The translations under genes were made by a program, and so were the position numbers. Below the pieces are notes generated by a model. That model made no database searches. It was not told where the DNA came from and saw nothing but the letters and a program-made list of their open reading frames with translations. Shown piece after piece: positions 54,619-64,000 of a stretch of 64,000 bases of DNA. Source of the DNA: the human T2T-CHM13v2.0 reference genome, Homo sapiens; the NCBI RefSeq assembly GCF_009914755.1, contig NC_060928.1; one strand, 5' to 3'. Position 1 is the stretch's first letter; each line of letters starts with the position of its first letter.

Positions 54619-56354
54619 ACCCTTGGAGACCAAGAATATAATCCCAGAAGAAAGTGTTTAGGAACTAAAGACACATGATAGTAACACTGGAATGCCTTGT
54701 TATGGAGGATGACTTCATACTGTAAATACTGCTAAGATACCGAATATTTTTGAGCAGGTGAATAATGAAAGCAAAGTGTTTCTCCCAGGTTGTGGTCAAA
54801 TATTTAATAAGCACTTCAAAATTTGAATGGAAAATTTAAACAATTAACAAAATGTAGAGTAACATGGATAAATTTTACTTCATGAGAAAAAGTATAGACA
54901 CAGATATGTCTTAATAAGCATAACCTAAAAGTCAACTCAGCATCAAATACTGAGCGATATTTGGTTAATACTGGTTGGAATGCATCTCCCTTAACTTAAC
55001 ATTAATCCTCTCAAGATACCCTGTAAGCTTCAGAAAATCTTGTGACAACCAAGAATAAGCTTCTTGTCTTTTTCAAAGTGAGCTCCCAAATTCCTCCTAG
55101 CTGCCTACCTTCCACAGCATTAATCTGTTCCCATCTAAATACCTGTTAGGAATCCATGCTAAGTGGAATATGAATTATGATAGATTTGCAATGGCATGTC
55201 TCAGCTTCCCTAAGGGTGCATGACTTCTTGCTTTGTTTTCTACGGATGACCTAACAGAAAGACCATTCTCATTCTCCCAAGGAAAAAATTTATCACAATT
55301 AAAAGGAAGCAACAAAGTCCTGTTTCACATTTTTCTACCTTGTTTTCATCATCATCTTTACATCTTTTTTATTAGAGGTATTTCTGAAAGGAATCTGAGC
55401 TTTCTCCTGCTGATCTGCTTAAAATATATTTTGAACATAATTTTTTTGATCACTGACTCAGCTGTATTATTTGACACTGCACAGAAGGTACTGTTTGATC
55501 ATTTTTAATAAAAAAGAGAACACTTTGAACACTTTTATTAATAAGAAGACATTTTAAAATTATAAAATTATGTGTCTTGGGTTGAATAACTTTCTTTATG
55601 AAAATCATTTGGAAGTTCATATTTTTTACTCTCTTTTCCATTTTGAAGATGAACTGTTCACTCTTACCTAATTCCATACATAGGTCAGGTATGTCCCTTA
55701 TACTTTACTGACCCAATAACTTTTTATATTGAAAACTCCATTCACTGTGTTTTTCCTCCAACTGAACATTTCTAGTGACATTGATAATAGTCTAATATAT
55801 ACACACATAAAAACAAAACAAGATGATAAAAGAGGAAAAGGAGGAAGGGGGGATGGAAGTAACAATTAATTTGGTAGTCAGGAAGAGATATTTGTCTTGT
55901 CTGAAACAATAAATTATTGGAAGAATTAATTTATATAAAAGGAGGAGCCTCATTAATTCCCTCCTCAAATGATTTATTCACTAAGACAACGTGAAACCAA
56001 TACAGGCCAAACACTAAAGAAAAGTTTTTCTGTTCTCTTTACCCCTTATAATCTATAGTGTAACCTGGGGTAACACACTTCGGCATATACCGACATTTCT
56101 ATGTTCAGTTTTGCAGACTATGTTATATTGTACATAAAACCTGAAATACTGTGGAAGGACCTGAACCCTAAGTAAAACATTATAATGCTAAGACTTTGGA
56201 TACATCTACTCTACTCTATTCCAGAAGACAAAGTCTCACTACACCAAAACCAGATCTAAATAATTTTAAAAATGTGTTTTAAATTGAGATTCTAGGGCCT
56301 TTCTTCTGGATAGGCCCATATTAATTGAATTGAGTTTTAAGATGCGTTTGTTTC

Positions 56355-57735
56355 TTTTTTTATTTTATTTATTTATTTATTTTATTTTTTGTTACATTTT
56401 AAGTTCTGGGATACACGTGCAGAATGTGTAGATTTGTTACATAGGTATACACATGCCCTGGTGGTGTGCTGCACCCATCAACCCATCATCTACATTAGGT
56501 ATTTCTCCTAAGGCTATCCCTTCCCTTGTTCCACACCCCCCTACAGGCCCCAGTGTGTGATGTTTCTCTCCCTGTGCCCATATGTTCTCATTGTTCAACT
56601 CCCACTTATGAGTGAGAACCTGCAGTGTTTGGTTTTCTCTTCTGTGTTAGTTTGCTGAGAATGATGGTTTCCAGCTTCATCCATGTCCCTGCAAAGGACA
56701 TGAATTGATTCTTTTTTATGGCTGCATAGTATTCCATGGTGTATACGTGCCTCATTTTCTTTATGCAGTCTATCATTGATGGGCATTTGGGTTGGTTCCA
56801 AGTCTTTGCTATTGTAAATAGTGCCGCAATAAACATACGTGTGCATGTGTCTTTATACTAGAATGATTTATAATCCTTTGGGTATATATCCAATAATGGG
56901 ATTGTTGGGTCAAATGGTATTTCTGGTTCTAGATCCTTAAGGAATCGCCACACTGTCTTCTACAGTGGTTTAACTAATTTACATTCCCACCAACAGCATA
57001 AAAGCATTCCTATTTTTCCGCATCCTCTCCAGCATCTGTTGTTTCCTGACTTATTAATGATCACCATTCTAACTGGCATGAGATGGTATCTCAATGTGGT
57101 TTTGATTTGCGTTTCTCTGATGAACAGTGATAATGAGCATTTTTTCATATGTCTGTTGGCTGCATGAATGTCTTCTTTTGAAAAGTGTCTGTTCATATCC
57201 TTTGCCCACTTTTGATGGGGTTGTTTGTTTTTCTTGTAAATTTGTTTAAATTCCTTGTAGATTCTGGATATTAGCCCTTTGTCAGATGGATAGATTGCAA
57301 ACTTTTTCTCCCATTCTGTAGGTTGCCTCTTCACTCTGATGATAGTTTCTTTTGCTGTGCAAGAAGCTCTTTAGTTTAATTAGACTCCATTTGTCAATTT
57401 TGGCTTTTGTTGCAATTGCTTTTGGCATTTTATTCGTTAACTCTTTGCCATTGCTTGTGTCCTGAATGGTATTCCCTAGGTTTTCTTCTAGGGGTTTCAT
57501 GGTTTTAGCTCTTACATTTAAGTCATTAATCTGTCTTGAGTTAATATTTGTATAAGATGTAAGGAAGGGGTCTGGTTTCAGTTTTCTCCATATGGCTATC
57601 CAGTTTTCCCAAAACCATTTATTAAATAGGGAATCCTTTCCCTATTGCTTGTTTTTGAGAGGTTTGTCAAAGATCAGATGGTTGTAGACGTGTAGTGTTA
57701 TTTCTGAGGCTTCTGTTCTGTTCCATTGGTCTATT
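56355..57735 (-). mobile_element. 5'-truncated L1PA (approx. PA6-PA8)
   Basis: Antisense ORF2 C-terminus (FIAALFTIAKTWNQPKCPS, YTMEYYAAIKK) and 3'UTR with T-rich tail. Confidence 0.94.
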
Positions 57736-58208
57736 TCTTATATACTGAGCAACTCTTCAGCACATGGAAAGCAGACACATGTAAGATGTGTGAGTAGCAA
57801 CAGCAACCTTCGGCTTATGGAGATAATGTTGCCTTTTTTTTGTATCTATCATCTCAGGAGACTTAGTTAAGAAATTGTATAATGCATATCCTGGATAAAT
57901 GTGCAGATATCCCTTTTCTCCTGCAGTCTCGCTCTAATAAAATATTCAATTGTAAAGAAATAAAGTTGTTTCAAATTAGAAGAATAGAAGCAAGTACCCC
58001 CTTTTTTTTCCTCTGGTAAGCTCTGGAGTATTGAAAATGAGGAAAATATCCTTGAAAAGACTTAACAGAAAGAAGTTGTTTGGATACAGAGTGACATAGT
58101 TTGGGAGCATGAGGCAATCTCCCTCAATGATATTGCTGGTGCCACAATTTCTCCTACTGTGGTCTTATGAGCCTTTTTTTTTCTCAAAAAAGAAGGTAAA
58201 ATCAAACG

Positions 58209-58620
58209 TGATAGAATGACTTATGTCCCTTCCATATTTATATGTTGAAGCCCTAACCCCTAGTGTGGATGTATTTGAAGATAGGGCCCTTAAGGAGGCA
58301 ATTAAGGTTAAATGAGCCCATGAAGATGGGACCCTAATAAAAGTCATCTAATATGACTGATGTTCTTATAAAAAAGGAAGAATCACTAGGGAGGGCCCAT
58401 ACAGAGAAAAGGCCATATAAGGATGCAGCAAGAAGGTGGCTGTCTCCGCACCAAGGACAGGGGACAGTAGAAATCAGTAGAAATCAACCCTGCCAGGACC
58501 TGGATCTTAGACTTGCAGCCTGCAGATCTGTGAACTGCAGAACTGTGAGAAAATTAATTTGTTTTTCAAGCCACCCAGACTACAGCATCTTGCAATGAAA
58601 GCACCAGCAAATTAGCATAT
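58209..58620 (+). mobile_element. MLT1A/B LTR
   Basis: atatgttgaagccctaacccc...gtatttgaagatagggcc...agaactgtgagaaaatt. Confidence 0.82.
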
Positions 58621-61600
58621 CCAGTTGTATTTTTATTGATGGGCAGGTTGTGTCTTCTGAAATCAAGGTATCACATGGAAGATGTGCAGAGTGATACTTA
58701 AGGCTGCTCTTAAAGAAACATTGCAAAATCCTAGTTCTCCGATCAAATCTTTTGTGGTCATCTTCACAATTTTTATTTTCCTTAATTACAAAATATAATA
58801 AGCACCTGGGAAGGTGGAAGGAGCAATGTGGCAAGAGGGATAGATTAAATTTGCCATTACTATCATCATACCACGAACAAAGACGAGGAATAAATGGTTT
58901 TATTCATAGCCAAAAGACAATAGAATCTATACAGCTAATAATCAAAGAAAAAATAGTTTAGAGTACTTCCTGAAGCTGTTACTGATTTGCGCTTCCATGT
59001 TAAATAACAACATCATGGGTCCTCAAAAGAAAGTTAATTGTGGGGCAGGAAAAAGGTCATCATCATATAATCCTTCCATATATTCACTGTGTATTCACAA
59101 ATAAACTGCTTTGCATAAGTCAAAGGTAATATTTAGAGTTTGAGAAGTGATGAGTAAGGATAATTAAAATAATCAAAGTAATTTGGAATCAAGAAGGTTG
59201 CATTACGAGGATGCAGTAAAGGATTACTACTTATCAATTTTGAAATGTAAAGGCAAAGAATATTATTGGAATCTACAGTGTCATTAGGATAGAAGGCAGG
59301 GAGTGGACTTGTTCATAAGATCAAATCCAATAGATAAAATAGATATTCCTTGTAGCTTGAAAAGTTGTAATTATAGAAAAATAATTACAGTAATAAATAT
59401 TAAAAATTAAAGTATATTTGATTTTAAATATTAAAGGAAACATTTATTTTTATATGGAGACAATAAATTTTCCCCAAGAGTTGATTAAAAATTAGATGAT
59501 TATATCTAATTTAATATAATTGTGTATCAATAGCTATATCATTTTATAATAATTCATAAATCTTGGCATAAAATATAGCAATTATGAAGAAGAAAAGGCT
59601 AAATGTTTCTTGTCTTTCATGTTATTAGTAATTCAACAGATGACATTTATAGCCCTGATAGGCTATGTATATTTATACAATAGTTCTGAAGGGTTACTTT
59701 TTAACTGTCCATCAGGTTTAAGTCATTATTTTTTTTTAAACTGTGTAATATGCCATGGTTGGTATGATAAATTCTTAGAACATTTATTCTAATGTAGTTA
59801 GATGAAACGATTCAAATGAATACAAAAATACCCACCAGTTAGGACCTGATGGCAACCATGAAATCTCATGGCAAATTCTTTAATGATTACTAGCTAATAC
59901 AAAGCGTAAGTAAGACATTCAAATTAAGACCTGTGATAGAGATAGGAGGCAATACTTTGAAGCCTAAGGACTATAGAACTTTATTTGGAGACTGGGAATA
60001 TACCCAAAAGGCATAATGAAGAGATACCACTACTACTAATTCCATGTGATGTTTTAATTACAGTGGCTCCTGTTGATTTATCTACCCCAAACTGAGATAT
60101 GGTAAAAAAACTTATTTAATTGGTGGTCAATTATCTAATTTAAAAAATTGTTATTTATATCATTCTAAATTGAGTTTGTTATTTAAAATACAAAAATACC
60201 TTTATCTTAGATGATTCTTTATCTGAGGGACAAATTTTCAAACAGTACTAATACAATTTTTTGCCATTATATTTTTAATATTTATGTAAGGCTCTTGCCA
60301 TTTACGGCTTATACTCTGGCTTACATTTTAAAACTCATTTCACGCACTCTAATTTGGCTTAAAATGTCAATTAATCACATAAGATACTAGTCAAAGGAAA
60401 TTCATGTTTACCATAGTTTATATAAAATTAGTAATAGGAACACTGAATAAATGATTTATTTTGTCAGCACAATACATTTATAACTATGTCTTACTATTTT
60501 TTTCTTGTGGTGAAATGTAGAATGCTTTTAGTCTCCTTTAATATCTCAGATAAAGAAAAATTTGTATTTTTTAAGAAAATAGAGTCTATAGTTCACAATT
60601 CATGGTATGAGAATTGTTTTTTATTGTTGGCCTATTTTGTTTTTTTATTATAAAATAACAGGTAAAGTATTTTTGAAGTACTAACTAAATGCTACAAAGG
60701 AAAGAAAATTAAAACATGCCTAGGATAACAATGGAGGAGGAACCATTTTACCAGGATATCTCAGTTAGGGAAAAATTAGTCTTGAGGATATGATATTCTT
60801 CCTCAAAGCAGGAATATGTGATGCTTTTACAAACATGGATCAACAATTTATCCATTGAAGTCTGCTGATATGGGTAGTTAATCTCAGGATACACTTTTAA
60901 AATCATAAAGAAAGGAGGTAAAGTAAATATCTAAATTCTAGGCTAGGTACCAATGATTTTATGTCTTATTTTATAAAATTATAGTACCTTGAAATTCAGC
61001 AACTGTAAAACCATAAAAATGAAGAAAGACTCCCCTTACATAAATAAATTAGAATAATCAGAAATATTCTTTAGAAAATTATTTATTTATGCCACATTTT
61101 ATACATGGGCATGGGTAAAAACCAATTTGAAATATTATGCATGCCATTTTTTACACTTACAAAGATCTTGAAATGAACCATCTCATGTCAGTAGATATCT
61201 TACAGAAAAAAAAATCATCATATATATTTTCTTTGCATAACACTCCATCTTTTTAAGAGCTTTCACTCATCTAGAGGTATGTTAGATTTAATAGATCCTT
61301 TTTAGAAAAAAGATATATAGCGCAAAGTTACATAAGTTCCGCAGAGGCAACAACAGATCTTTTGCAAATAAATCTTTACTTATTAGTGTGTCAGCAGCTT
61401 CTACTTTTGCCAAATTAATTATTTAGCAAGCTGAAAGCTAGCCTGTTTCTTTTGCTAATTTCTGTCTTTTCATCAGTAATGCAAGTAAAAGTGACTTTCT
61501 TAAAACCATTTTCTTCTCTTTTACCTTACTTAATAGACATAACTCTTGTACGAATTATTTTTCTGGGGCAAGTTACTTTTTAAAAAAGTGTATGTGATCT

Positions 61601-62229
61601 AGAGGATGTTTAATTTAATACAATATCTTATCCTATAAATTGGATTGGCTAGTAGGAAATCTCCAAAATAAGTACAGTTCATTCTTTGCAGTTAGTTTTA
61701 TTATTCCATTTCTCGTATTCCTTTATGCACCTTCTGTCGAGTGTGCAGTGATCATTTCTGGCAACCAAGCAAAGGGTATCCTTGCAGAGCTTTATTTATG
61801 TGCACTACTGAAACACATTCTAACTTTTTTCTGCTATGGTCACCAATGTAATTCATTGGTTTTATGTATTTGAGGTTGCATACAAAAGGAAAATAATTTA
61901 GATAAATCTGTAAATCACCAAACACAGCTGTTGAGGGCATAAATTGATATATACGCTCTAAAATAAAATCTGGCAATATATTTTTATTCCTATAAATACT
62001 GTGTATTTCTTGATTTACTAATTAAATTTATAGTGCTCTATACCAAAGAAATAATGAGAGATATATTTTATTACATACAAAAATGCATAACACAGTGTTA
62101 TCAAAAAAAATGAAGAAAAAAACCAACTTGAGTGTCCATTTATAGGCTCTTGTTATATAAATTAAAACAAAATCATGTGGCAGAATAATATAAAGTTATT
62201 AAGAACAGAAAAGATGTCTGCTTCCGCCA

Positions 62230-63055
62230 AAATGCAGAACACTGACAACACAAAATGGCGGCAAAGATGTGGTGCAACAAGAACTCTCATTCACTGCTGA
62301 TGGGAATTAAAAATGAATGGTACAGCCACTTTGAAAAACAGGCTAACAAAACCCTACCAAACTAAACACACTCTTACGATATGATCAGCGGTTGCCCTCC
62401 TTACTGTTTATCCAAGGAAGTTGAAAATGTATATTTACACAAAAACCTGCACATAGATGTTTATAGCAACTTTATTCAGAATTGCCAAAACTTGGGAACA
62501 ACCAAGATGTTCTTCAGTAGGCGAGTGGATAAATTGTGGTGCATTGAGACAATGGAACATTATTCAGCACTAAAAACAAATGAAGGAACCTTATATGACT
62601 TAGTGAAAAAAGCCATTGTGAAAAGGCTACATACCATATGATTCTAACTCTATGGCATCTTGAAAAAGGCCAAACAATGAAGACATTAAAAAGATAGTCA
62701 TTGCTAGGGGTTAGGGAATAGGGAAGAATGGATAGTCAGAACACAGGATTTCTAGGGCAGTGAACATACTCCGTATGATACTATAATTATGGATACATGC
62801 CATTATATATTCATTCATACCTATAGAATATAGAAGACCAAGAGTAAACTCTAATGTAAACTATGGACTTTGGGTGATTTTGATGTGTCAGTGTAGTTAC
62901 ACTAATTACAATAACTATATCACTCTAGTGGGGGATGTTGATAATCAAGGAGGCTATGCATGTGTAGGATAAAGGGTATCCCATAAATCTCTGTACCTTC
63001 CTCTGAATTTTGTTGCAAATCTATAGCTGCTCTCAAAAAATAGTCTTTAAAAAAA
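62230..63055 (+). mobile_element. L1MC-type 3' end
   Basis: ctctaatgtaaactatggactttgggtg...ctagtgggggatgttgataat...atctctgtaccttcc. Confidence 0.82.
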
Positions 63056-63191
63056 GTCTTCTTTCTGTAGTTTGGTAAAAACAGCTAGATCTTCAATAAG
63101 CCTTTCCTTTTCCTATATTTGTGGCCTTCTAAGAAGTAAATAAAATCTATAAGGATCACCCCTTCACACACACAAAATATGTGGCTGGTGC

Positions 63192-63678
63192 TGGAACAGG
63201 AATTAAAAGAAATTAAAAAATGTGTAAGCAAAAACTCAGTTGTATGTAAGAAAAACCAATTCCCCATGAGGAAAAGAAAGCGCCGAAGTCCTTCAAAAAT
63301 TGAATGCCTGTTTTTGGGTGGCTAGTGAGCCTTATCTCTCCATTTCCCAGGCATTGTGAAGAGTCTGTTTTTCTAGCTGTGCAGCTGCAAGGTCACTAAA
63401 CAGATAATCTCAAGTCATAAAACATGTTGTTCCTTAAAACGTAAGAAATAATGTAATGCCTGTCTTAACTGAATAACTGTTTTTGTTTCTTGTTTCTGTA
63501 ATACGCTTCCCCCTGCACAGATCTCCCCCCACCCCATGAAATGCTTAAAAGGTAGCTTGACTCTTTGTTCGGGGCTCAGTCCTTTGGATGTTAATCCGAC
63601 TGGGTCGGTGCACCTAAATAATTAAATAATTCCTCCTTAACTCCTCAGTCTCTCTGATTCCTTAATTATTCTGCTGCA
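63192..63678 (+). mobile_element. ERV1-class solo LTR
   Basis: tggaacaggaattaaaag...ctgctgca; 4-bp TSD gtgc/gtac. Confidence 0.75.
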
Positions 63679-64000
63679 GTACTTCGAGAAAAAATGGAGA
63701 CATTGTCACTACAATAGGCCAATCTACCAAATGGAAGAATTGATTCTGAGATTATTACATTAGGTCCATGATTTTCATAGAAGGCTAAAGTGGTCCCAGA
63801 TTAACACTATTCTTGATTTCCATCATAGAGAAGTAACAATCTTTTTTGGAGAAAAATGTTCCCAACTCAGGCCTTTAGGATTCCAAAGATCATGGTAAAG
63901 AAAATATGAGACAGCAAATAAAGATCCCCAACACATAAGAAATAAACCACCAGGTTTAAGGGAGAGCAGTAATAATAACTAGATAGGGTTCCCACTTAGT

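Overview
AT-rich, gene-poor human (AluYb-containing, hence almost certainly Homo sapiens) genomic DNA. I can support no intact protein-coding gene; the recognisable ORFs in the track come from L1, Alu, MaLR or pseudogene sequence. A large fraction is interspersed repeat: L1, Alu, THE1/MST/MLT MaLRs, ERV1-type LTRs, Tigger3, MER5A, MADE1, MIR and L2. The most notable items are: (1) an isolated, intron-flanked, disabled MHC class II DP-beta exon 3 at 17612-17892 with no other HLA exon recognised in the window; (2) a full-length RPS2 retropseudogene with TSD inserted antisense into an old L1; (3) a two-template inverted insertion forming a 68-bp-arm hairpin at about 12.7-13.0 kb; (4) two AluYb-lineage insertions about 1.2 kb apart; (5) deeply nested transposon stacks; and (6) a 5'-inverted (twin-primed) L1. 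Repeat subfamily names come from recalled consensus sequences and are tentative.
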